Notes under the pieces: model-generated
The model's database searches: none
Seen by the model: only the letters and a program-made list of their open reading frames with translations
Told to the model about the DNA's origin: nothing
Assembly (NCBI GenBank): GCA_965223845.1
Contig: CBDCXR010000004.1
Location: forward strand, 2,464,001 to 2,528,000
Origin: Planctomycetota bacterium
Lineage (GTDB): Bacteria > Planctomycetota > UBA8108 > SXIK01
Reading direction: 5' to 3'
Length of the DNA stretch: 64,000 bases
Translations under genes and position numbers: made by a program
Shown: positions 45,567 through 56,000 of the stretch, in pieces
Numbering within the stretch: the first letter of the stretch is position 1
How the letters are laid out: every line of letters begins with the position of its first letter

Positions 45567-45641
45567 CCCCGTCCGACACCCCTCCCCGGGCTCGGCCCCC
45601 GCCGGCCGCGACTCACGACCACCGCCCCCTCGCCGCACGGA

Positions 45642-47027
45642 TCACGGCGAGTAGTAGTTGTGGCACTGCTTCAGTCGCCGGTAGTTCCGCGACGTCCACA
45701 GCCGCTCCTCGTCCGGACGAGAATTCGGCGCACGGTTGTGCAGGATCCTAAGCCGGTTCCGCTCTAGGACGAGGATCTCCTCGCGCCAGTCGCCGAGAAC
45801 ATCGGCTACGTAGAGGCGATCGGCCTCGGCGGGAATTCGAGCGACGAACTTACCGCTCATCGGTGCGAAGAGGGCCACATGGCCGCTTCGATGACGCTCT
45901 TTGGCACAGGCGAGCTGACGTTTCTCCCCCGTCCAATCGATCGTGTGGATGACCTCGATCCCGCGCGCTGTCCAGCCCTCGGGTGCGACGTCGTCGAGTG
46001 CGTAGTCGAAGACCTTCACTCCGTCTTCGTCGAAGACGAACGGAGTTTGATGCTCGTTGTGGCGAGAACGGCACCAGATAAAGACCGACTTCCCGTCACC
46101 AAATCGTCCGACCGCGGCGTTCTGTGGCTCCTGTCCGCGAAACTGCTCACGCCAGATCGGCCCCTTCAGCCCGATCACTTGCACGTAGTTCGACCCTTCC
46201 TCGAGGAGGACGACCTCGAGTCCCGGAAGATCCGGGCGAACATCCGCGACGAACGCGCTGTCCATGTGTCCGCGAAACTTCGCCGCGCGAGAGATCGTCG
46301 CTCCGTCCGGCCCGAGAATCTCGACGCCGATGACTTCGTCGCGTCCGTCACCGTCAAGATCGGCGAGCCGCGCTCCGTTGTGCGCGCAGCTTTCAAAGTC
46401 ATCGCGCCGCCAGAGTGGCGGCTTCCCGGCGATGAGCGCGTCGTAGGAGTACGCCGCGAGGTATCGACCGGTGCGGTATCCTTTTCGATTCGTCGCCTGC
46501 AGGAGGAGATCGCGGTCCTCTCCCGTGCCACGAAAATCAGCGACGGCGACGAGCTCCTGGCGCTCCGCCCCGCTCGGGACGGGCGGACGCGCCGTCGCCT
46601 CGTCACGACCCGTCGCTCCGTCGACGACGCGAAGCACACCGTCCTTCTTGAGGTAGAGCACCTCGACGCGGCCATCGCCATCGACGTCGCCCGCGGCGAC
46701 GCCCGGTCCGTGGTGTCCGGGTAGACCGCGACTCTCCGATTGACCGCCGACGACCACGTCGGTCGCGTGAGACCAGAGTTTCCGCCCCGAAGTCGTGTAG
46801 GCGGCGACGTGACCGGTGCACGTCACAAGGATCTCGGGGCGATCGTCCCCATCGAGATCGGCGGCGACGATTCCCCCCGCCGAGTCGTCGGAGCTCGCGG
46901 GACCGGGAATGTCGAGCTCGATCTCGCTCTCGCCGATCTCGATCTCGGACTCGGCTCGTACGAACTCAGCGAGGACCAGCGGGAACAACAGGACCATGAC
47001 TCCTCGGACGAGGCATCGAGTCGACAT
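45642..47027 (-). CDS. Secreted FG-GAP-repeat beta-propeller (rhamnogalacturonan lyase family 11 C-terminal-like)
   Basis: Repeated DLDGDGRxE motifs; ADVLGDWREE. Confidence 0.7.
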   Translation of the reverse strand: MSTRCLVRGVMVLLFPLVLAEFVRAESEIEIGESEIELDIPGPASSDDSAGGIVAADLDGDDRPEILVTCTGHVAAYTTSGRKLWSHATDVVVGGQSESRGLPGHHGPGVAAGDVDGDGRVEVLYLKKDGVLRVVDGATGRDEATARPPVPSGAERQELVAVADFRGTGEDRDLLLQATNRKGYRTGRYLAAYSYDALIAGKPPLWRRDDFESCAHNGARLADLDGDGRDEVIGVEILGPDGATISRAAKFRGHMDSAFVADVRPDLPGLEVVLLEEGSNYVQVIGLKGPIWREQFRGQEPQNAAVGRFGDGKSVFIWCRSRHNEHQTPFVFDEDGVKVFDYALDDVAPEGWTARGIEVIHTIDWTGEKRQLACAKERHRSGHVALFAPMSGKFVARIPAEADRLYVADVLGDWREEILVLERNRLRILHNRAPNSRPDEERLWTSRNYRRLKQCHNYYSP

Positions 47028-47034
47028 CGCGAGT

Positions 47035-48564
47035 TCACTCCGTCTCGTTCGGCGCCGGGGGGCCAGATCGACCGTCGTAGAGGGGAAGCGGAAAGATGGG
47101 ATTCGGCACGCGCTCCTTCAAGAAGAGCGACTCGAGCCTCGCCACGATCTCCGGGTGCTCGGTCGCGAGATCCGCGGTCTCCTTCGCGTCCGCGTCGAGA
47201 TCGTAGAGTTCCCACGCGGACGGTTTCGTTCGCCTCAGGTTTCGACGCACGGCCTTCCACTTCCCGTCGCGAACGGCGGCGATCCCGCCGTAACCGTGGA
47301 AGTCCCAGATCATCGGCCGCGCGCGCGACGGAGCCGGTTCGCCGCGAAGTACGGGGCCGAGATCGATTCCGTCGAGAGTCTGACCGGTCGGGAGTTGCGC
47401 GCCCGCGATTCGACAGAGCGTCGGAAACCAATCGGGGAAGTACGACGGAAAGTTCGAGACGCTGCCTTGCTCCACGCGACCGGGCCAGCGAACGATGCAT
47501 GGAATGCGGATCCCACCCTCGTAGCAGCTTCCCTTGTAGCCGCGAAGGCCACCCGTCGACGCGAAGAACGTGCACGCCGCGCCGCCGACGTGAAAACGCG
47601 GCTCTCGACCTCCGTGCGTTGCACCGTTGTCGGACGTAAAGACGACGAGCGTCTCGTCGGTGAGACCGTGGGACTCGAGTCGAGCGAGAACCGTGCCGAC
47701 GTGTTCGTCGAGGTCCGAGATCATCGCGGCGTACGCCGCGCGTGGGCGCGGGTGCGGGAGGTAGGCGTTCTCTCCTCGGTAGACTCCGTTCTCTTCGTCC
47801 CATTCCGAAGGATACCGCTGGACCCACTCCTCGGGCGGTTGCATCGCGACGTGGGGCTCGACGAACGGCAGGTAGAGGAAGAAGGGGCGGTCCTTGTTCG
47901 CATCGAGAAAGCGGAGGGCTTCCTTGAGAATTAGATCCGGTGCATAACTCTCCGCTCGGTAATCTTCGGCGCGCACCTCGCCCTCAGGTTTTCGATCGTG
48001 ACCGGGAATCGGGTACTTGTTGATCCGCACCTCGCGCTCGTCGCTGTCAAGAAACGGAGGGTAATAGCTGTGGGCGTTTCGCTGGCAGTTGTACCCGTAG
48101 TAGCGATCGAATCCCTGACGGATCGGCGAGCCCGATGTGTTCGATGGCCCGAGGCCCCACTTTCCGAAGGCGCCCGTCGCATAGCCCGCGCTCTTCAGTG
48201 ATTCGGCGAGAGTCACGATGCCGGCGGAGATCGGCCACTGTCCCGGAAAGATGCGCCCGTTCCCCGAGTCACGATTCCCGCGGATCTCCGCGCGTCCGAG
48301 GTGCTGCCCGGTGAGGAGGACGCACCGAGCGGGCGCGCACACCGGTGCCCCCGTGTAGTGCTGGGTGAACCGCATTCCTTCCGATGCGAGTCGGTCGAGA
48401 TGCGGTGTTCGAATCTTTTCTTGTCCGTAGCACCCGAGCTCGCCGTAGCCGAGATCGTCGGCGAGGATGAAGACGATGTTCATCGGCGCTCCGGAGAGAC
48501 TGGCGAACGGCGACGCAGCCAATACGATAGCGACGACAAGAATGCGCGAGAGGGGGGCGGACAC
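47035..48564 (-). CDS. Arylsulfatase (formylglycine-dependent)
   Basis: NIVFILADDLG, CAPARCVLLTG, GYATGAFGKW, FTSDNG, YEGGIRIP. Confidence 0.92.
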   Translation of the reverse strand: MSAPLSRILVVAIVLAASPFASLSGAPMNIVFILADDLGYGELGCYGQEKIRTPHLDRLASEGMRFTQHYTGAPVCAPARCVLLTGQHLGRAEIRGNRDSGNGRIFPGQWPISAGIVTLAESLKSAGYATGAFGKWGLGPSNTSGSPIRQGFDRYYGYNCQRNAHSYYPPFLDSDEREVRINKYPIPGHDRKPEGEVRAEDYRAESYAPDLILKEALRFLDANKDRPFFLYLPFVEPHVAMQPPEEWVQRYPSEWDEENGVYRGENAYLPHPRPRAAYAAMISDLDEHVGTVLARLESHGLTDETLVVFTSDNGATHGGREPRFHVGGAACTFFASTGGLRGYKGSCYEGGIRIPCIVRWPGRVEQGSVSNFPSYFPDWFPTLCRIAGAQLPTGQTLDGIDLGPVLRGEPAPSRARPMIWDFHGYGGIAAVRDGKWKAVRRNLRRTKPSAWELYDLDADAKETADLATEHPEIVARLESLFLKERVPNPIFPLPLYDGRSGPPAPNETE

Positions 48565-48724
48565 GGCGGTGGCCTCGTCGGGTCGGCGAGTTTTCGATCA
48601 GCGACAGTCGGCAGCTAGTATCGCCGCGTCCGAGCGACGGAGCAATCGCGGGGATCGCTCGAGATCGCCGATCGAGAGTCTCAGTCGACCGCCGTTTGTC
48701 GCCGTCGAAGACTAGAGGACGATC

Positions 48725-49621
48725 ATGCTCGGTTCAAAGAACGGCCGCCGACGATGTCTCCGTCTCGCGCTGGTCGCCGGGATCGGCGCGGTCAGCTCCG
48801 GGATCGTCATCGCATGGGTTCTCGGCGGTCACCTCGTCGCACCGCATCGTTCGACGGTGGGAGCTCCACCGGATGAGTTCCCGGCCGTCTCGGTGAGCAT
48901 TCCCCTCGATTCCGCAGCGCACGTCGCCGGCTGGCACATGCGGGCGGATCGGTCTCGCGGAGTCGTCGTGCTCCTCCACCCCCTTCGGGGAACGCGGCGA
49001 TCGATGCTCGGGCGGGCTAGATTCCTCTACGAGGCGGGCTATTCGATCGTCATGATCGATCTTCCCGCTCACGGAGAGAGCCCCGGAGAGAATATCACCT
49101 TCGGCCATCGTGAGCGGGACGGAGCGCGCGCGGCCGTAGAGTTCGCGAAGGCTCAGCATTCGGGCGAGCCTGTTGCCGTTCTCGGCGCGTCGCTCGGCGG
49201 CGCCTCTGCACTTCTCGCGTCCCCGCTCGGAGTCGATGCGTTGATCCTCGAGGCGGTCTATCCGCGAATCGAGTCGGCGGTCGAGAACCGGATCGCGATG
49301 CGGCTCGGCTCGTGGCCGGCGGCGGTCGCGGCGCCGCTCCTTCTCGTTCAGCTCGAGCCGCGACTAGGAATCTCGACGTCGGATCTGCGTCCGATCGACG
49401 CCATCTCGACCGTTGACTCTCCGGTACTTCTCATCGGCGGCGAGGCTGATCTCCGCACTCCGGTGTTCGAGACTCGAGAGCTCTTCGCCGCGGCTCGCGA
49501 ACCGAAGGAGCTCTGGCTCCTCGACGACGCGGCGCACGTCGATTTTCATCGAGCGGCCCCGGAGGAATACGAACGCCGCATTCTCGGCTTCCTCCAGTCG
49601 CACCTCATCGATGATGATTGA
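48725..49621 (+). CDS. Alpha/beta hydrolase
   Basis: GASLGG nucleophile elbow, GEAD, AAHVD; N-terminal TM. Confidence 0.85.
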   Translation: MLGSKNGRRRCLRLALVAGIGAVSSGIVIAWVLGGHLVAPHRSTVGAPPDEFPAVSVSIPLDSAAHVAGWHMRADRSRGVVVLLHPLRGTRRSMLGRARFLYEAGYSIVMIDLPAHGESPGENITFGHRERDGARAAVEFAKAQHSGEPVAVLGASLGGASALLASPLGVDALILEAVYPRIESAVENRIAMRLGSWPAAVAAPLLLVQLEPRLGISTSDLRPIDAISTVDSPVLLIGGEADLRTPVFETRELFAAAREPKELWLLDDAAHVDFHRAAPEEYERRILGFLQSHLIDDD

Positions 49622-49720
49622 TACGGCCTGTGCGGCGATGCGCATTCTCCATCCGCACGTCGCCGTTCCGTCGACACTCTCAACCGCGGATGACACTAGT
49701 ATCCAACTCGGAGAACTCGC

Positions 49721-51211
49721 ATGCTGCGCCGACCGATCCTCGCTTCCTTCCCAGTCGGATTGATTCTCGTCGCGCTCGCCGGGTCATTCGCTTCCGCGAC
49801 CGCCCGCGACGCGATCGAGATTGCCGATCGCCGTCAGCTCTTCGTCGACGACCACGTCGTCGACCGACTCGACGGCGAAGTGCGCCTTGAGCTCCACCGA
49901 CCGCAGCCGAGGGAAATCGTTCTTCGTTTCGATCGACCGTGGGAGGGAATCTACAGCGGCTACGAGACAGTCCTCCGGGATCGGGGACGATTCCGTCTCT
50001 ACTACCGCGGAATGCCGGAAGCAAAGCACGATTTCGATACCGAAGTGACCTGCGTCGCCGAGAGCGACGACGGCGTTCACTGGACGCGGCCCGAGCTCGA
50101 GATCTACGAAGTCAAAGGAACGAAGAAGAACAACGTCGTCCTCGCACGGAACCGCGGTTGTCACAACTTCGCACCGTTCGTCGACGCGAATCCGAATACG
50201 CCGCAAGCGGAGCGGTACAAAGCGCTCGGTGGAACCGGGAAGCCGGGTCTCCTCGCGTTTGTGTCCGCGGACGGACTGAGGTGGCGCCAGATCCAGAAAG
50301 ACCCGGTCATCACGAAGGGCGCCTTTGACTCACAGAACAACGCGTTTTGGTCGGAGAGCGAGAAGAAATACGTCTGCTACTTCCGGGTGTTCCGCGAGGG
50401 CAAACGTTGGATCGCCGTGACGACGTCGGACGATTTCATCGCGTGGTCGGACCCGGTCGATCTCGAGCTCGACGGCAAAGAGCGCCAGCACCTCTACACG
50501 AACCAAATCGCACCGTATCCTCGCGCACCACAAATCTATCTCGGCATGCCGACCCGGTACTTCCCCGGGAGACGCGTCGTCACGAAAGCCGAGGCCGCAA
50601 GAATCGGCACGCCGAAAGAGTGGAACTACGTGAGTGACTGCACCGACATCGTCTTTACCGCTTCGCGAGGCGGCATCGATTTCAGTCGCAGTTTCATGGA
50701 AGCGTTCGTCCGCCCCGGGCTCGATCTCAAAAACTGGACGTCCCGCGCGAATTACGCGGTTCGAGGATTCGTTCAGACGAGCGACACGGAGATCTCCGTC
50801 TACGTCAAACACAACGCCGGTTACCCGACGATTCACATCCGGCGGTATTCGCTCCGCGCCGATGGATTCGTCTCCGTTCGCGGTTCGTTCAAAGGCGGGA
50901 CGCTCGTGACGAAGCCGCTCGTGTTCGCCGGCGATCGACTGAGTCTCAATTCGTCGACGTCGGCGGCCGGCGGGATTCGAATCGAACTCCGAGACGCGGA
51001 CGGAACTCCGATCGACGGATACTCGTTCGACGACACCAAGGAAGTCGTCGGAGATCGCATCGACCACTTTGTTGAATGGAAGAACGGACGCGACGTGAGT
51101 GCGCTCGCGGGACGGCCGATCCGGCTCGCGATCGAGCTCCGGGACGCGGATCTCTACTCATTTCGGTTCGAGCGGGTACCGAAGGCAGAGACGGCGGGCG
51201 GTGCTGATTGA
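49721..51211 (+). CDS. Secreted five-bladed beta-propeller glycosidase-like protein
   Basis: QLFVDD, AESDDGVHW, SADGLRW, AFDSQN, LRADGFVS, ADLYSF; signal peptide. Confidence 0.7.
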   Translation: MLRRPILASFPVGLILVALAGSFASATARDAIEIADRRQLFVDDHVVDRLDGEVRLELHRPQPREIVLRFDRPWEGIYSGYETVLRDRGRFRLYYRGMPEAKHDFDTEVTCVAESDDGVHWTRPELEIYEVKGTKKNNVVLARNRGCHNFAPFVDANPNTPQAERYKALGGTGKPGLLAFVSADGLRWRQIQKDPVITKGAFDSQNNAFWSESEKKYVCYFRVFREGKRWIAVTTSDDFIAWSDPVDLELDGKERQHLYTNQIAPYPRAPQIYLGMPTRYFPGRRVVTKAEAARIGTPKEWNYVSDCTDIVFTASRGGIDFSRSFMEAFVRPGLDLKNWTSRANYAVRGFVQTSDTEISVYVKHNAGYPTIHIRRYSLRADGFVSVRGSFKGGTLVTKPLVFAGDRLSLNSSTSAAGGIRIELRDADGTPIDGYSFDDTKEVVGDRIDHFVEWKNGRDVSALAGRPIRLAIELRDADLYSFRFERVPKAETAGGAD

Positions 51212-51268
51212 CGCGGTGCGTCCGGCGAATCAAGAAGCTCAAGGCGCGAGCCGAATTCTCGAATGTCG

Positions 51269-51661
51269 CTACGCCCCCCGATCTTCAAACCTCGATTCTC
51301 GCTGCATCGTCAGCGAAGAGGTCGATGGGCGCGTTCGAAAGAATGCGATCCAGTGAAGCCCGGCCGTCCCCCAAATGAGGACTGCAATCCACCACTGGAC
51401 GGCCGCGTGCGTCCTCTGAGTTTCGAGCGCATCCGTCGCCTGATCGACGATCCGCTGGGCGTGGTCTTCGAGAACCGCGCGAAAACCCTCGTCGTCCGCC
51501 GAGCTCTTACGCAGCTCGGTGAGAGTCCCTGCGTACACACGGTGTGCTTTTTCACCCTCATCGAGTGTGCGTTCTGCCCGCGAGCAACTGTAGGTCGCAA
51601 GCAGAGCAACCCCAGTGATGATCGCCGGAACAACGAGAGTTCTTGGAGATTCCGTCTCCAT
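51269..51661 (-). CDS. Small two-TM hypothetical protein
   Basis: 130 aa with two hydrophobic segments, downstream of DUF1552. Confidence 0.5.
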   Translation of the reverse strand: METESPRTLVVPAIITGVALLATYSCSRAERTLDEGEKAHRVYAGTLTELRKSSADDEGFRAVLEDHAQRIVDQATDALETQRTHAAVQWWIAVLIWGTAGLHWIAFFRTRPSTSSLTMQRESRFEDRGA

Positions 51662-51694
51662 CCGTCGCGAGCATTCCCCGCGCTAGGCCTTCCC

Positions 51695-52999
51695 TCAAAC
51701 CTCCGCAAGCGGCGCCGTCGCGTCGCCGAAAGACTCGCGCGCGACACCCATGTGGCGCATCATGCTGAGATAGAGCCGACATATCTGGCGGTCCGGCTTC
51801 TCGCGGTAGTCGAGCACCTGCCCGCCGCGGATGCGTCCGCCCGCCGACCCGAGCAACACGACGGGAAGCTGCGTCGCGTCGTGGTGCCCCGTGAGCATGC
51901 TCGAGCAAAGCAGGACCATCGAATTATCGAGCGCGGTGCGCTCTCCCTCTTGGATGGAATCGAGTCGCTTCGCGATGTAGGCCATCTGCTCGAGGAAGAA
52001 CTGATTCACCTTCAACCAGTCGTCCGTATCGTTGTGCGAGAGGAGATGGTGGATCATGTAATCGACGCCGAGATGCGGAAAGCGCAGTGTCCCGTGGTCG
52101 TTGTTGAGCTTCAGTGTACACACCCGCGTCGTGTCGGTTTGAAACGCGAGGACGAGGATGTCTGACATGAGCCGCATGTGCTCGACGATGTCCTGCGGAT
52201 AGCCGTCCTTCGGCCGCGGCATGTTCGGTTCCTTGAGCGTCGGCCGCCAGCCCTGGAGCTCACCGCGCTTCCCCGCGCTCTCGACCCGCCGCTCGACCTC
52301 GCGGACGGAGTTCAGGTACTCGTCGAGCTTCCGCTGGTCGAGCCGACTCAGCTTGCGCCGCACGTCTTGCGCGTCGCCGAGAACGGCATCGAGCACGCTC
52401 CGGTCCCCCTGCTCGACGTTGTCCTTGAACAACCGATCGAACGCGAGCGCGGGATACACCTCGAGCGGCGTCGGAGTTGTCGGACTGCTCCACGAGATGT
52501 GGGAGCTGTAGAGCATCGAGTAATTCTTGTGCACGGAAGGATTCGACTTCTCGCAGCCGATCACGAGGCTCGGCAGCTTCGTCTGGTGTCCGATCGCTTG
52601 CGCGACGACCTGATCGACGCTCGTGCCGGACTGGATCCGCCCACCGGAAGCGAGTGGCGCGCCGGAAAGGAGGTTTCCGGTTTGCGAGCTATGGATGTTT
52701 CCCTTGAGCGCTTCGGCATTGTAGAGACCACGGACGAAGACCATGCGGTCCCGATAGTCCGCGAGCGGCTTCAACACCTTGCCGAGCTCGATCTCGGCGC
52801 CCTGCCCCTTCGCCCACCACTCGTGGCGATGGAATCCGCACCCGGCGAAGAGGATGGCCATGCGCGTGGGCGCTTCACTCGCCGGAGCGCTTCCCTTAGG
52901 GGTGTCGCCCCACACCCGCAAGGATTCCATCCACGGTAGGGCCATCGTCACGCCGAGTCCGCGCAGCATCGCCCGCCGCGAAAGTCGATGGGTCGTCAT
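51695..52999 (-). CDS. DUF1552 domain protein
   Basis: LSRRAMLRGLGVTMALPWMESL, SVDQ, ISWS, LDEYLNSVREVE, LAFQTDTTRV, HHLLSH. Confidence 0.9.
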   Translation of the reverse strand: MTTHRLSRRAMLRGLGVTMALPWMESLRVWGDTPKGSAPASEAPTRMAILFAGCGFHRHEWWAKGQGAEIELGKVLKPLADYRDRMVFVRGLYNAEALKGNIHSSQTGNLLSGAPLASGGRIQSGTSVDQVVAQAIGHQTKLPSLVIGCEKSNPSVHKNYSMLYSSHISWSSPTTPTPLEVYPALAFDRLFKDNVEQGDRSVLDAVLGDAQDVRRKLSRLDQRKLDEYLNSVREVERRVESAGKRGELQGWRPTLKEPNMPRPKDGYPQDIVEHMRLMSDILVLAFQTDTTRVCTLKLNNDHGTLRFPHLGVDYMIHHLLSHNDTDDWLKVNQFFLEQMAYIAKRLDSIQEGERTALDNSMVLLCSSMLTGHHDATQLPVVLLGSAGGRIRGGQVLDYREKPDRQICRLYLSMMRHMGVARESFGDATAPLAEV

Positions 53000-53076
53000 C
53001 GTCGATCCTCTCGCTGGATACTCCGGTCCGCCGCCCCGAATCCTCTCACCAGTATCCGTCTCCCTGCCCCTTCGTT

Positions 53077-56000
53077 TCAATTCTCCTCCGTGATCGATCG
53101 TCCACGAATCTCGCGAAACTGTGGGCTCGTCACGATGGTTTCAATGGCGACGGAAACGCGATACGCGTTCGCCGCGAGACGTCGCTCGATCTCTTCGAGG
53201 AGGGGTTCATCGGAGAGCTGGACGGCGCGCCCGAGCGCGTAGCCGAGGAGCTTCCGGCAGAACTGGCGGAGGAAATCAGCTCGTCGCGCACCGAGAAGAT
53301 AGGTCCGCAGTCCCTCGAGTCCTTCGATCTCCACGCCGTCCACCAGCGTCGTCTTCGTGTCGACGCGTTCCGGGCGCTCACGGCCGATCGCGTCGAATTG
53401 CTCGAGGGCGAAGCCGTAAGGGTCGATGCGCGCGTGGCACTTCGCGCACTCGGGCACCGAGCTGTGCTTCTCGATGAGCTCGCGCGCCGTCCGTCCTTCC
53501 GGGACGGCATCGGGCAGCTGGGGCACGTTCGGCGGCGGCCGCGGCAGGCGCTCTCCGAGGAGTGTTTCCGAGACCCAATTTCCGCGGAGAATGGGGCTCG
53601 TACGCGAGGCTCCGGACTGGCTCGCGAGCACGGCGGCCATCGCGAGGATCCCGCCGCGATTCCGTTCGCGCATCCCGCTCACTCTTCGCCACTCGTCGCC
53701 GGTGACGCCATCGACCCCGTAGTGCTTCGCGAGGGTTTCGTTGAGGAACGCGTAGTCCGCTCCGATGAGATCGAGGACGGAACCGTCGTCCCGAAAGAAG
53801 TGTTCGAAGACCTGAATCGACTCTTCGTACATCGCGCCGCGGAGATCCGCGAACTGCGGATAGAGCGCTTCGTTCTTCTCGGCGTTCACGTCGAATCCGC
53901 GGATGTGGAGCCACTGGCACCCGAACTCGATCGCTAATCGTCGCGTGCGCGGATCGGCGAGCATTCTTCGAGTCTCGGCGAGTAGAGTTTCCTCGCTCAG
54001 CAATTCGCCACTCTCGGCGGCGCGGCGGAGAGAAGCGTCTGGCATCGACGCCCAGAGGAAATAGCTCAGCCGGTTTGCGAGCTCGTAGGTAGAGATCGGC
54101 GCTGCGCCGTCGTCCGATTCGGGCGCCTCCATCCGATAGAGGAACTGAGGGGACGTGAGCACTCGTGCGATGACGAGACGCACCGCGTCCTCGTGGAGGA
54201 TGTCGCGAGTGCGCAGATCACGGTAGAGTTCGAGCAAGCCCGCCGCCTCATCTCCCGTGAGCGGACGCCGCCAAGCACGGTCTGCGAACTCGAGAACCGC
54301 GCTCAGATGCTTCGGTTCCGAGCCGATCAATTCCCGGCGAAACCGCTCGGCTCGCGCACGGATTTTCACGCCGAGCGGCTTAAACGCGACGACGAGATCG
54401 GGGCGATCCTGCGTCGCGAATTCCGCGATCTGCTCGAAGGCAACGACGAGCCGGAGCGGTTCTCGATGAATGTAGCGGAGCTCATTCCAAAGCCGATCGA
54501 GCTCGGCTGCTTCCGCCTCGTCGAGCATCAGGCGCTTCAAGTGGTCGTCTTCGCGATGGAAGAGCGTGAGAGTGACGACCTCGTCGACGGGGACGATCCG
54601 CACGTAGCAGAGCGCGAGCGGAAAGAGCGCACGGAATTCGGCGAGCGCGGCATCGACGCGAAGACGGGCTTCGCCGCGGTCCGGCGCGAAAATGGGCGCG
54701 CTTGCGACGGGCTCGGGAGATTCCATCGGCTTCGTCGTCATGAAGAGCTGAGCACTCCCGGCGTTCTTCCGGCCTACGCTTCCCGTCACGACGAGCTCAC
54801 GACCCGCGGCCAGCTCGGCCGGGATCCGTATCGTCTGGACGTCCGGCACGCGCACGACTAAGTCGTTCGCCCTTACGTCGAGGCCGAGCGGGTGTTTGCC
54901 GAAGCGCGGGTCGCTTTCGAGTTCTTCGGCGAAGACGGAGAGATCGTTGGGTACCGCCAGCGATCGGAGCTGAGCGAAGAGAACACCGTCCGGAGAATCG
55001 CGATTCTCCGGAGGCGCGCCGAGCACGAGGAGTTCGACTCCCGCGGCGAGCTCGGTCTTCTTCGCCGGGTCCGCTTCCGCGAGCCAACGAGCGGCGAGAG
55101 ATCCCGCCGGAGGTCCACTCGTCTGCCGCGAGTCCTTCACGACGTCGGCCATCGGCTCCGAGTAGAAGTGCCAGGTGGTCGCGTTGCCATACCCATCCAC
55201 GTGGGGATTTCCGGCGAGCAGATCGCCGGAGACATCCTTTGCGAGATCCCAGACCCGCTCGTCGCCACCGACTTCGGAAATGACGAGCTCGACGGCGGTG
55301 AGATCGCACGCGTGATTTCCCGCTCTCGGACCGACGACCACCGAGACGAGCTGCTCCGGACGGACCGTGATCGTCGTCTCCTTCACCTCCGCCGAGCCGC
55401 GCGTGCCGAACTCCCCTTTCGCCAGGGCGCCGATCTCTCGCCCCGTGTGATGCTGCACGACCCACTCGACACCGTTCCCGCATTCGGGATGTGCGTCGGC
55501 GATGCGGGCACGAACGCGCACGGTTCCCTCGATCGGGCTGAGCCAACCGATCGACGCCGAGTGCGACGGCGACGGGTGCACGACGATCGAACGCGGTCGT
55601 GCGATTCCCGGGATCCGCACCTCCTGATCGGATGCGTTCGCGACGATGGACGGCGTCGCGCCGCTCCCCCATCCGTTGACGAAGTCGTACCCGCCACCGT
55701 TCCGGAGCGTCTCGGTGAAATGTCCGGAAACCCGTACGGGCGGGGCGTCCCCGAGGGCGAGAAAGTCGATCCAAAGACGAAGAAACTCGGCCTCCACCGA
55801 GTGACGGCGTGCAAGCTCGCCGATGTCGTTTCCCGCGCGGAACTTGGCGGCGACGCCGAGGCATTCCTCGGTCGATTCGAAGAACTCTCGCCGGCGGTGT
55901 TCGATTCGCCGATAGACGTCGTCGATCACGCGAATGGAGAGAGCGGGTTTCCCCCCACCTTCGAGCCGAGGGTTTCGCCAAACCACGACATCGGATTCGC